Shown here in pieces: positions 28,635-41,887 of a stretch of 64,000 nt of DNA. The stretch's first letter is position 1; every line of letters starts with the position of its first letter. The stretch lies in the NCBI RefSeq assembly GCF_009914755.1, contig NC_060933.1, one strand, 5' to 3'. This DNA comes from the human T2T-CHM13v2.0 reference genome, Homo sapiens. The position numbers and the translations under genes were made by a program. The notes under the pieces are model-generated. The model was not told the origin of the DNA. It searched no databases and saw only the letters and a list, made by a program, of their open reading frames with translations.

Positions 28635-30589
28635 CTAGCTTAGGTTTTAATAGGAGGAAAGATAGAAAGGGAAGCAGATGTCAAAAGAACAGTTACGAAT
28701 TATTACAAAAATCCAGTGACAGATGAAGATGGTGACATGAATATAGTGAGAAGTGTTTGGATTTATTATAATTATACATCCATGTACCTATTACTTATTT
28801 AGATTAATAAATCTTTTAATAAGTAGCTTAATAAACATTTATTGAGCCTTCATATAGATTATAATCTGAAACCCCAAACCCAGTCAGATCCAGAATTCTA
28901 GGATTCTAAGGAATCAGAGATGGTAGCCTGAGAAAGCAAGGAGCTGGCACCTTCCTGTCATAGAATCTACTGAGAAGCATAAAGAATGAGTTTTTGGCAG
29001 GTGACATTCCATGTGGACAGAGGACTGGGTAGGGGCAAAGGCCCTGAGCTGAGCAAGGGGAACTCAGATGAATAGGATGTGTTTGGAGCTTGGTGCATGA
29101 AAGAGTGTGCTGGAGTTTATGTCTCCAAACTAGGTGGGAGGCGATCATGAAGCGCATGGTGATGATGAAAGTTGCAGGATAGGGTTGGGTGTGGGGAGGG
29201 ACTCTTCTTAGCAACAGCCACAGCCTTAAAGGAAGACCTGCTTTTCTCAGTCCCAACCTGTTCTAGGGGAAGGAGACAGCTAGTTTGCCTGCAACCAGTT
29301 GGGATGCTTTGAGACTCTGAGGCAGAGGGTCAGAGCTGGAAGAGCCTTCAACATCACCCAGCTACTTCCACTCATTGTGTGTGCAGAGGATGGTGTGGAA
29401 ATCTTGGAGGCCAGGGGAGTTTTTAAGGTTAACAGTTAGAAAATGGCAGAGCTGGGCCTTTAGCCCTGGACAGAGTTTTGTCAATTGCACCTGAATGTGT
29501 TGGAAGCTTTATTCAGCCTCTCCCTTCTCTCCTTTATCCAGTGGGATGGGGACCTATTTCTCAGGCATCTTTGGGCAGGGACCCATCCATCTGAGGGTCT
29601 GGTTTCTGTTTCTGCAGGTAAATCATGGATGGCACAGATTTTGCCCCAGAATCAAGCTGGTCTTGGGCTTTTTCTCAGGAGTTTTGCCTTATGGCCCTTT
29701 TTTGCACCTCTTGTCATCTGCCTTGATTTGAGACTTGCTCCAGGCTCCAATCTCTTGCTTCTATGATCTGCTCTTCTCTGCCTGATGACCTACCTGAGGC
29801 TGGGCCCAGTTCTGTTTGCTGTCTCTCCATCCACCCATCTTCTGTACAAGGCTGCAATACCAAAGCCTCATTTCTCTCCTACTATAAACTCCAAAATACT
29901 CTTTTCTAAACCCAGCCTGTAAGGGCTCTCTTCATGTCTGTCCCACTTTCCTTTTTCTGCACACATTCTTCTCCTTGCATCCTTAGTTCTTTCCCTTTCT
30001 GTTTTAAATTCTGACATCTTCTTCCTCATCTCGTATTATCTTCCTTATTAATTACCCCACTACTCACAAAAAATGTTTAGGGACAGTTGGATAATTTGGC
30101 AAGAAAGAATCCTTTTGGGAGTAAGGGGTAAGCAGGGAAAGAAGCTGTGGATATTCACGCTTTGTTATTTTTTTGCTTTCACATCTGCTTCCCATAACAA
30201 GTAGGGCACTGAATTTCAGGTTTGATCTGCACTGTGTGGATGGAGCTGTTATGTCTACTTTTCTTCCTTCTTCTTTGAACTATGTATTTTCATGCAATGG
30301 ACAAAGATTTCCATTCTTCAGATTGCAATTTTAGATGGCCACATGTGAGCTTCCTGGTAAACCAAACACTTATCTTCCTCTCATCTGCTGCCACCAGCTC
30401 ACAACACCTTGGTTTGACACCCATTTGTGCCATTTCCCATGGCTTCAAGTTTTGATCAGTCTATGCCTTCAAATATCACCTCTGTTCTGATGACTGTCAA
30501 TTTTATACCTCTAGCCCAACGATCTCTCCAGATTTAAACCTCTTTAGATTGTCACAAAGCTATCAGTCTCTGATAACCATTACAAGATT

Positions 30590-30790
30590 GCAACTAAGTT
30601 TGAGTCCCATAATTTTCTGGCCTTCATCTGAGGTAAGTTACTCAGCTTTTTTTGTTTTGTTACTTAGCTTTTGAGCTACTTTTTCCTCTCCTGAAAATGG
30701 GAGAGAATATGAATACCCACCTGAAAGGGAGGGTGGGAAGACCAAATGACATAATTCATAATTGATGTAGAAGTGCCTTGTAGCTTGTAA
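30590..30790 (+). mobile_element. MIR (degenerate)
   Basis: AAGTTTGAGTCCC...GGTAAGTTACT...TTTTCCTCTCCTGAAAATGGG. Confidence 0.55.
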
Positions 30791-30881
30791 TGGATGTAAA
30801 AAAGCCCTCTCCAAATCTTCATTGCCTTGTGAGTTGTATTTGCAACTTCAGCAGATACCAGATAAATTTAGAAATTGCCCC

Positions 30882-30914
30882 TGCAATAGACATATGTTGC
30901 CACCAGGTGGCAGG
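30882..30914 (+). promoter_or_regulatory. Candidate CTCF site (core plus upstream U motif)
   Basis: TGCAATAGAC-ATATG-TTGCCACCAGGTGGCAG: core CCACCAGGTGGCAG with a TGCA-type upstream motif at 5-bp spacing. Confidence 0.7.
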
Positions 30915-31079
30915 AGAAACCTGTGATGCAATCAACGAGGACAAACATTCTCAGAGAGAATTAATAAAATAAATTCTGATTGTTAGAAGCAGCCAACTCT
31001 TTAGTGTTTATTAAATAAACAACAAAGCTTATTTATAAATCACAGAAACCCGGAATACGCCAAATATGAATTCTCTAAT

Positions 31080-31295
31080 AGAGGGTGTTTCAAACAGTTT
31101 TTAGGCTCTGGTGCTCATTTTCCAGCCGAAACCTTACATAGAACCCCAAGTATAGAAAGTAGATAAAAGTGGCAGAACTTTTTCTGAAGTAGGGCAGGGA
31201 CACTGGGAGTTAATTCACTCATCTTCCTTCTTTGTCCTTGAGCCACCTCTGCCAAACCTCAGGTCTTCATGGGACAGAGTTCTAAACCACTGTTC
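31080..31295. mobile_element. Old hAT-Charlie-type MITE
   Basis: Termini GAGGGTGTTTCAAAC ... GGGACAGAGTTCTAAACCACTG. Confidence 0.45.
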
Positions 31296-31403
31296 TAATA
31301 ACTGTATAATGCCCTTTAAAAATATTCCTTTGTCATTGTAAAAAATGCATGTTGCTTAAAAATATATAGAATTTTAGATAGAGTTTATATAAAATATAAG
31401 TTA

Positions 31404-31802
<399 letters not shown>

Positions 31803-32661
31803 TTACAGAATCTATATAGAAGATATACTATATAAATGTACAAATTTTAAGTTTTAGAATGAAAAAAAGAGTCATTTTTTGAGGCACTTTAGAAAGTGCC
31901 TTAAAAGAATATTTCTAACATTCCAAGCTGCTCTTTGTCTCTGACTTGAGCCTGTTGGATATTTTTTTACCTAGCTGTTGGTTCAAGATGGCAGACTGGG
32001 CACACACATTCAACGTCTTCCACCTTTAAAAGTGTGAACAGGAATAAGTAAATTCAATGTAAGAAGGTATGAAAATAAATGAGTTTATTAAAAAGTGAGC
32101 ATGAAGGTGACATAGGAGAAGGCGAAGAGTTTCTAGAATATAGAAGGCAGAAGGCATATCATATTTAAGCTCATGCGCAAACCAGACTAGAGAGGGCCAG
32201 GGCTCAGTTCTGCCCTAGAGAAAGCAAGAGTGAAGTCCAGAAGTCCATGGTGTGGAGAAATGTAGACGGAAAGTAGGGGGAGTGGCCAACCTGGAGATAA
32301 GGAACAAACTATCTCTAGGATGGCTGCCTTGATCAGATTTTAAAGCCCCTCTGGCTACTAATGAGTGTTCTTCCCATCTAAGGCTGAAGGGAAATCAGTA
32401 TTTTCTAAAGTAATCGAGAAATCTGCATGCAAGGGGCCAGGCCCCACAATATGGATTGTTGGAGTCCATAAGACCGTCTTCTTAATATAGGCTCTGAGGT
32501 CAGAGGATGTCAGAGACAGTGCCACCTACCTGTTCTGCTTTCTCACACCAGGAAGAGATACCTTCTAGTGAGCACACTTCCCCTACAGAGAGAAAGCCCA
32601 CATTCACTCCCCTCACTAGAGGGGCAAACATAAACCCATCTCTCTTCATTGATTAACCTAC

Positions 32662-32897
32662 CAAGGATGTCCTATCTTTTGGCTTCCCTGGCCCACATTG
32701 GAAGAAAAGTTGTCTTGGGCCACACATGAAAGACACTAGCACTAACAATAGCTGATGAGCTAAAAAAAGATAATTGCAAAAAAAAAAATCTCATAATGTT
32801 TTAAGAAAGTTGATGAATTTGTGTTGGGCTGCATTCGAAGCCATCCTGGCCTGCATGCATCCTACGGGCTGCGGGCTGCGGGGGTTGAACAAGCTTG
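32662..32897 (+). mobile_element. MER30 (hAT-Charlie)
   Basis: CAAGGATGTCCTATCTTTTGGCTTCCCTGG...AATCTCATAATGTTTTAAGAAAG...GTTGAACAAGCTTG matches the MER30 consensus as recalled. Confidence 0.92.
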
Positions 32898-33171
32898 ACC
32901 TATAGACCATTCTGCAGAAATGTGAATGGAGAGCCAGTGCTCACCAGGCTCGTGAAGAGGGTGAGCAGCATAAAATGAGAATGAACAAACAGAACTGACC
33001 CCAGAGAAAATGGGGACAATTTAGGGAAAATAAGGGAACTTTAAAAGGATTATGAAGAATGTGAATTATTCAAGATAACGTACTCATAAAATGAAAAGTG
33101 TATATTATGATAAAGAGGCCATAAGTGAACAGAGAAAATTCCATGGAGATTTAAAAATAAGATCCATGAAT

Positions 33172-33281
33172 TTAGGCTGCCACAGTGCACAACCCTAGGG
33201 GCGCCCTTTGCATTGTAGTGCTGTAAATGGAGCTACCTGGATGTGCAGTGCACAGCTGGTGTGGTCACATGTGATGACCTG
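33172..33281. mobile_element. MER91-like palindromic MITE (hAT-Tip100)
   Basis: GTGCACAACCCTAGGGGCGCCCTTTGCATTGTAGT...AATGGAGCTACCTGGATGTGCAGTGCACAG; self-complementary. Confidence 0.7.
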
Positions 33282-33513
33282 AATGTGGAGGTCAGGGCAC
33301 CTGGGTTCAAGTGCAGACTATGGCATAGCTGGAGAGATGGCTTGACCTCTCTGGGCTTTAGTTTACTCCTGCTCTAAAATACTGTGGGGCCAGGGATATA
33401 TTCAGTGAGGGCACAGCATGAGGCCTTTTTCTGTCTTTGGTTCCTTTAGATGTTAGAGGTACCCCTCCACTCTCCAGCACTTCCCGAAGGTAGCTCTGCT
33501 ACTGTCTAGGTCA

Positions 33514-34047
<534 letters not shown>

Positions 34048-34348
34048 TCAATACAAGGTTTATGGAAAAGTTCTGTAGCACAAGAGAAGCATGGTAATGT
34101 ACTGTGACTAAGCAAATTCACTTTCCTCTGAAATAGATTTAGTGCAAGTAAATGAAACCATTAAAAAAAATATCAATTCCTTAAAAAAGGATACTTTCTT
34201 CCATTAAACTGACCAGGCTGTTTTGGGGGGGTGGGAATGGGGGGTAAGAACATAAAATGATGCATAGAAATGAAAAAATGTAGTAGCTAAAATAAAATCC
34301 ACATGTGGATAAAGAAAGTGAAGACACACTACCATAAAAAAGCAATTA

Positions 34349-34673
<325 letters not shown>

Positions 34674-35893
34674 TCAGGTAGAAGATGAACTTTAAATGTT
34701 CTCAGAGTGCAGAGGAAAAGGGCAAAGATATTCAAGCAATACGAAAGAAGATAGCAGCTATCAGCAATAGAGAGCAGAAATTCACTTCATACTTAGTAGG
34801 TATTCTAGAAAAAGGATCCATAACAAATGGAGTACAGGCAATAAACAAAGAAAAAGGCAAGAAAAGTCTTTCTGAATTGAAAAATGTCTTTAAAAAAATT
34901 GGATTTCAAAGAAAAAGAAACAAATTCTACAGGCATCCTGAACAGAGAAGAAAGAAATTGGTTGCTGACAAATGAGCAAAAAGCATTGTCAATGCTAAAA
35001 GCCAGAAAACAATGTAGTGATGCATATAGAACTTACTGGAGAATGTTGTGGTTCTTATGTGATGAGAATAGGAAGACACTGTCTGATATGTTTGGTGTCT
35101 GGAGAAATGTTTTGAAAAATATACACCTACATAATAGTGCTCAACAACTTAGTCATGAATTGTTCAGATTATTAAGATGTGAATTAAATTACAGTGAGCA
35201 TGAGCATTGACTATATTAAACATATAGATATAATTTAAGTAATAGTGATAGATGTGGTTACACAGAAGGCAAAAGGTTATTTGTAAAGAAATTATACATA
35301 TTATATAAATTTAAAAGAGAATATTATCAGAATTCAAAATTTTTATTCAATAAAATTTTATTCAAATAAAGGAAGGTAGAAAGGAAAGACTACAGGGCAA
35401 GAGAAAATGCCAGTGCTAATCTCCACATTTCCAATAGATTAGAGTAAAAATGACAGTCTGTGTATTTGATAACTAAACATGGATTTTAAAGTTTTAGATG
35501 CAATTTACCAGAATTCCAAATATTTGCAGAAGATTAAAACAAAGTGTGACTTATAGAGAAAATTAGAATGGAAAGGGAATATTAAAAAAACACACATACA
35601 GAATGCATAAAATGGCTTAGAAAGACCATGGTTAACAAGAATGAGAATAAATGTAAATGGTTTAAATTTTCCATTAAAAAAGGTTAAACATTCTCTAACT
35701 TGATCATAAAATAAATGCAATGATTTGCTATGTTCCTAGATATCCCTAAACAAAAATTACATAAAAAACAATAAAATTAGAAGGCAAAACCATATTAGAA
35801 AAACAGAAAAGAAAAAGAAAGCAGCGTGGTCATAGTAATCATTAATTGAGTCATTTAGAATCATTTTACATTGCTGGAAGTTTTGAAATAGAT

Positions 35894-36072
35894 CAGTGGT
35901 TCTCTAAGTGTACACCAGAATCGGCTAGAGGCCTCTTAACAGATTAGTGGGCCCCACTCACAGAGTTTCCCACTCCTTAAGTCTGGGGAGGGGCCTGAGA
36001 ATTTGGATTTCTAACAGATTCCTAGGTGAGACTGATACTGCTGGTCCAAGGACTACACAGTGAGAAACACTG
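35894..36072. mobile_element. MER5A/MER5A1
   Basis: CAGTGGTTCTCTAAGTG...GGGGCCTGAGAATTTGGATTTCTAACAG...TGAGAAACACTG. Confidence 0.88.
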
Positions 36073-36513
36073 AGAGTGAAGATTTGATGGTAATGAAACT
36101 TTATGTGCTAAGAAATAGCATCGAAATAAACATAGAAAAAAATTGGAAGTATAAGACGAGAATAACAAATTTCAACACATTATTTATGTTAAACAGAAGT
36201 AATTTAATAATACAATTAAATATTTTAGTTAATATCATTATAGTAACAGTATGCAAACAGAAATATATCCTTTCAACTGTTCATGGGATATTTGGATTTA
36301 ATCACAGATTAGTATACCTTTATAAATATCTGTTTATAAAGATCAAGATAGAAACATACATGATTAAAGTTTTCAGTACATATATATTACACATAGGAGC
36401 TAGAAAATAAATGAAATACTAATTTTTAAAAAGTACAAATAAAGAATTATAAGTAAATAAGTTCAAAAATAGAAAACAGTAGAATTTATAAATAATTATT
36501 AGAACTAGTTCTT

Positions 36514-36808
36514 AGCCAGGCATGGTGGCTAATGCCTGTAGTCTAAGCATTTGGTAGGCCGAAGCAGGAGGATTGCTTGAGCTCAGGAGTTCCAGACTAG
36601 CTTGGGCAACATAGCAAGACCTGTCTCTACTAAAAATAAAAAATAAAAAAATTAGCCAAGTTTGGTGGTACATGCCTGTAGTCCTAGCTACTCAGGAGGC
36701 TGAGGTGGGAGCCCAGGAAATTGAGGCTGCAGTGAGCTATGATTGAGTCATTGCACTCCAGCCTGGGTGACAGAGGTCCTGTCTCAAAAAAAAAAAAAAA
36801 AAAAAAAA
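36514..36808 (+). mobile_element. AluJ
   Basis: GGAGGATTGCTTGAGCTCAGG, GAGGCTGCAGTGAGCTATGAT; TSD AACTAGTTCTTA / AACTGGTTCTTA. Confidence 0.92.
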
Positions 36809-37142
36809 CTGGTTCTTAAAAAACAAAGTTCTGGAAATTTTAATCAAGTTAAAAGTGGACAAAAATGTATATAAAAGTATAGTTCAGATCAGTAATATAA
36901 TGATAAATATGCAGAATATTAAAAATTTAAGTAATGTGGACAATTGCAATAGTGAATTAGCGATTCCCCAAGAAATGGATGGGTTTCTTGAAGAAAAAAA
37001 ATTAAATCTCAAAAAGAACTCCCCCACCACACTCTAGGCTGGAGATGATTATGTTCTTTCCCAATTGACAAGGATTGAAATATTTCCATATCATTTGCAT
37101 TGGTTCTAGAATGTGGAACCTGGTGAGTTTAAAGCCAATTCA

Positions 37143-37482
<340 letters not shown>

Positions 37483-38285
37483 TCAATGGGGATGGATGAA
37501 AAGGAAATATATAGACCAATCTTGTGAATTTTAAATGTTAAAAAAATAAAAAGTGAACAAAGATGACACAACAGAACCAAATAGTTTATTCCATAAAGGA
37601 AAAGATTACTTTTAGGAGTTTATTACAATAAGACATCATAGCCATAGAGTCACAGTAAGACCCTTAAAAATGACTTTATTACTGCCTTAATAAATGCTGA
37701 AAAAAGTGATAAAACATAAAATACATAAATATTATTCTTGTTTTACTAGAAAACTTAGCATTATCAAGAGTATCTTGCCTTTGACAAAAACGTAGTTGGT
37801 GATGATCAGTTATGGTAATCTAGTTTTCATTAATTTTATAAAATCAGGGGAAGCATTTACAATTCCCCAAATAGAGAATTCAATTGGGTCAGTTTGCTCC
37901 TGCTTATATGGAATGCACCTCTTAAGTAGTGTGTGTATCAAGCTATCTTAAACGTTCCCTGTCTCCTTCATACCTTCGCTTCCCTGGTGCCATCATCTGT
38001 GGCTCCAGTGGTAACGTTGTTCACACATTACACACATGGCTCCAGCCAGGGCGAATATGTGGGAAAGACCTACTTGGGATTTCTTTTTTCTGGAGGAAAG
38101 TGAACTAGAAGGCATTTCTTTGACTTCCTTTGCGTCTTTGTGTACAGTTCACGGGTGTCACTTTCTGAGCCATACAGCATCTGTGATAGAGAAGACTCAC
38201 TCAGGAGCAAGAGTTTGGAATGAAAGATAAGATAGTATGAACACACTTCTCCACTGCAGGAAACCTTAAAAATATTGCTAATGGC

Positions 38286-40090
38286 CTTTTGGTATGGGAA
38301 GCAGCAGAGCTGAGCCATCAGCACCCTCCCTGTGCTCTCCTTGCCCACTCTGTGGCTCTCCGCCCTCTGGGCTGCCATGACAGATCAGGCCACCTCCTTT
38401 GCCCAGGACTTCCTGGCTGGATGCCTCACTGCAGCCATCTCCATGATGCTGTGGCCCCCAGCGAGTGGGTCAAGCTGCTGCTGCAGGTGCAACGTGCCAG
38501 TGAGCAGATCATGCCTGACAAGTGGGTCAATGGCATCATGGACTGCATGGTCCGTATACCCAAGGAGCAGGGTGTGCTGTTCTTCTGGGTGGGCAATCTG
38601 GCCAATGCCATTCGCTACTTTCCCACTTAAGTCCTCAACTTTGCCTTCAGGTATAAGTACAAGTAGGTCTTCCTGGGGCGGCGGGGAGGAGGGGGCGTGT
38701 GGACAAGCACATGCAGTTCTGAAGGTATTTTTCAGGAACCTGGACTCTGGAGGGGCAGCCCAGGCCTCCTCTCACTGCCTTATCTACCCCTGGATTTTTC
38801 CAGAACCCATCTGGCAGCCAGGAAATTGGGCACAACGTGGGAGCTCGAAGGCCTGGGAGATTTTCTGGGGAAGATTACCAAGTCTGATGGGATCTGGGGC
38901 CTCTATCAAAGCTTAGTGTCTTAGGCCGGGCACCATCATCTACCTGGTGACCTCCCTCAGTGTGTACAATACAGCCAAAGGTGCACTCCCTGACCTCAAG
39001 AACACTTGTATCGTGGTGAACTGGATGATTGCCCAGACGTGATGGCCATGATCTAGTGTGGCATCGTAACCATTCAATACTGTGTGGAGGTGGATGATGA
39101 TGCAGTGCTGGCACAAAGGAGCTGATGTCAGGTACATGGGGATCCTAGATTGTTGGACGAAGATCTTGAAAGACGAAGAGAGCAAAGCCTTCTTCAAGGG
39201 CGCATGGTCTAACATCCTCAGAGGCATGGAGTGAGCCTTCATACTGGTTCTAACGATGAAAGTCATCTAGGTGCCTCTATCTCTTTGAAAGCATGGGAGC
39301 CAAGAGAATCTTGAACAGTAAATCAGAAAACACTGTTAGGGACCATTGACCTTCAAGAAATTCCAATTACCTTTGTCCTGGCCAGATTATCTCTGTAGAA
39401 GGATGGAGAAGGCTCTAGAAAAGGAGCTCATTGTTATCACCCATTGGCACTGGATTCTATGTGATATGGCTTGGCTCTATGTCCCCATGCAAATCTCATG
39501 TTGAATTGTGATCCCCAGTGTTGGAGGTGGGGCCTGGTGGGAGGGAATTGGAACATGGAAAGGATTTCCCCCTTGATATTTTCTTGATAGTGAGTGAGTT
39601 CTCACAAGAGCTAGTTGTTTAAAAGTATGTAGCACTCCCCCCTTAGCTCTCTCTCTCTTGCTCCCCATAGCAAGACATGCTGGTTTCCCCTTCACCTTGC
39701 GCCATGGTTTTAAGTTTCCTGAGGCCCCCCAGCCATGCTTCCTGTACAGCCTGTGGAACAATAAGCCAATTAAACCTCTTTTCTTTATAAATTACTCAGT
39801 CTCAGGTAGTTCATTATAGCAATGTATTGATTACTGAGGGGGTGATGGGGGGACAGGAATCATGATGTCATTGTAGGCCCACAGGCGAGGCAGCTCCACT
39901 ATTCAGACCTGGAGTCTAGATGCTTATAGGATATGAGTTGTGTTCAAGTATTTATTTAAAACAAAAGAATCATGTCTCCGATTTGCACTTAACCACTAGT
40001 TCCTCTTTTGAATAGCCAAATATTTGTAATTATGTTTTATGTTGGACATTCTGCTGCAAAACAATGAAGACAGGACACTAAGGAAAAAAA
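38286..40090 (+). pseudogene. SLC25A6P: Full-length processed pseudogene of ADP/ATP translocase 3 (SLC25A6/ANT3)
   Basis: Intronless. ATG at 38377 gives [15 protein letters not shown], then [57 protein letters not shown], ending VI-TAG at 39270. Multiple frameshifts and stops, A-tail near 40084, 18-bp TSD (38268-38285 / 40086-40103). QA.SF, GNLAN, DKH, KITKSDG and C-terminal VI favour ANT3 over ANT1/ANT2. Confidence 0.93.
39462..39824 (+). mobile_element. MSTA/MSTB solo LTR inserted in the pseudogene 3'UTR
   Basis: TGATATGGCTTGGCTCTATGTCCCC...CCAATTAAACCTCTTTTCTTTATAAATTAC..CAGTCTCAGGTAGTTC; terminal ~20 bp absent. Confidence 0.92.
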
Positions 40091-41092
40091 TATTGGTGAT
40101 GGCACTGAACTTTCTATAGCTATGTGGGTTGCCGTTTTAAGTTATTTCCCTTGGCAATTAAATGACACAGTGACTTAAAAAGTGGTGCTGGGACCGTTGG
40201 GTATGAAAATGCAAAAGAATGAGGTTGAACCCTTACTACATACAATATACAAAAATTAACTCTAAAATAGGTTAACGACCTAAATGTGAGAGTTAAGACT
40301 ACACAAATCTTAAAGAAAACATAGGTGTAAATCTTCACAGTCTTGGATTTGTCAATGAGTTTTAAAATATGGCACCCATAGCACAAGCATCAAAAGGAAA
40401 AATATAGTTTCATCAAAATGAAAAACCTTTGTGCCTCAAAAGTTTTCAAAGGACACCATCAATAAAATGAAAAGATAATCAGTTGAATGGAAGAAAAATA
40501 TTTGCAAATCATATTTCTGTCATTTGTATTTAGAACATATAAAGAGCTGTTACAATTCAATAATACAAAGTGAAATACAATTAAAAATGGATAAAGGATT
40601 TCTCCAAAGAAGATATACAAGTGGCCAACAAGCACATGAAAAGAAGCTCAACATCATTAGTAATTTAGTCATTAGGGAAATGCAAATCAAAACCATAGTG
40701 AGACACTATACCTACCTACTAGAATGGCTATAATTAAAAATACAGATAATAACAAGAATATGAAGAAATTGGAACACTCACACACTACTTGTGGGAATAT
40801 AAAATGGTGTAGCTGCTTTGGAAAAGTCCTTCAATTCTTCAAAAATTTAAATGTAGAGTTTCTGTATGATCAATAATTCTGCCCTTAGGTATATACCCAA
40901 GAGAAATGGAAATATATGTATGAAGAAAACACAAAAAACTTGTACATGCATGTTTATAATGGATTATTCATAAGAGCCAAAAGGTGAAAACAACTCAAGT
41001 GTCTACCAACTGATGAATAAAAAACAAAATGTGGTATATCTATGCAATATAATATTATTTGTTCATAAAAAGGAATGAAGCACTGATGTGCA

Positions 41093-41452
41093 TGTATTAG
41101 TCTGTTCTCACAATGCTATAAAGATACCTGGGACTGGGTGATTTATGAAGAAAAGAGATTTAATTGACTCACAGCTCCACAGGGATGGGTGAGCCTCAGG
41201 AAACTTACAGTCATGGTGGAAGGGGAAGGGGAAGTAAGGCACGTCTTACATGGTGGCAGGAGAGAGAGAGAGAGCACAGGGGAAACTGCCGCTTCTAAAC
41301 CATCAGGTCTCATAAGAACTCACTATCACAAGAACAGCATGGGGGAAACTGCCCCCATGATCCAATCACCTCCCACCAGATCCCTCCCTCTACATGTGGG
41401 GATTACAATTTGAGATGAGATTTGTGTGGAGACACAGAGCCAAACCATATCA
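41093..41452 (-). mobile_element. MSTA/THE1-type solo LTR
   Basis: TGTATTAGTCTGTTCTCAC...GGAGACACAGAGCCAAACCATATCA. Confidence 0.92.
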
Positions 41453-41636
41453 TACACGATGGGTATGAACCTCAAAAATATTATGCTAGATAAAAGAAGC
41501 CATTTACAAAAGACCACATAATTCCATTTATATAAACTGTCAGAGTAGGCAAATCCACAGAGACAGAAAAGATATTCGTGGTTATCTAAGGCTGAAAGGA
41601 GATGAGGTGTTTCTATGCTAAAGGATATGGGGTTTC

Positions 41637-41887
41637 CAAAAACTGCATGTTCTCACTTATAAGTAGGAGCTAAAGGATGAGAACACATGGACACATAAAT
41701 GGGAACAAAACACACTGGGGCCTATCAGAAGGTAGAGGGTGAGAGGAGGGAAAGGATCAGGAAAAATAACTAATGCGTACTAGGCGAAATACCTGGGTAA
41801 TGAAATAATCTGTACAACAAACTCCCTTAACACAAATTTACATGTACAGCAAACCTGCATATATACTCCTGAACTTAAAAGTAAAAT
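41637..41887 (+). mobile_element. Short 5'-truncated L1PA (older PA) 3'UTR
   Basis: CTGCATGTTCTCACTTATAAGTAGGAGCTAA...AAACCTGCAT...GAACTTAAAA; 18-bp TSD TAAAGGATATGG(G/A)GTTTC. Confidence 0.92.

Noticed and set aside
38289-38924. Functional ADP/ATP carrier retrogene
   Set aside because: Homology is split across frames, with in-frame stops (for example TAA at 38628-38630) and deletions.
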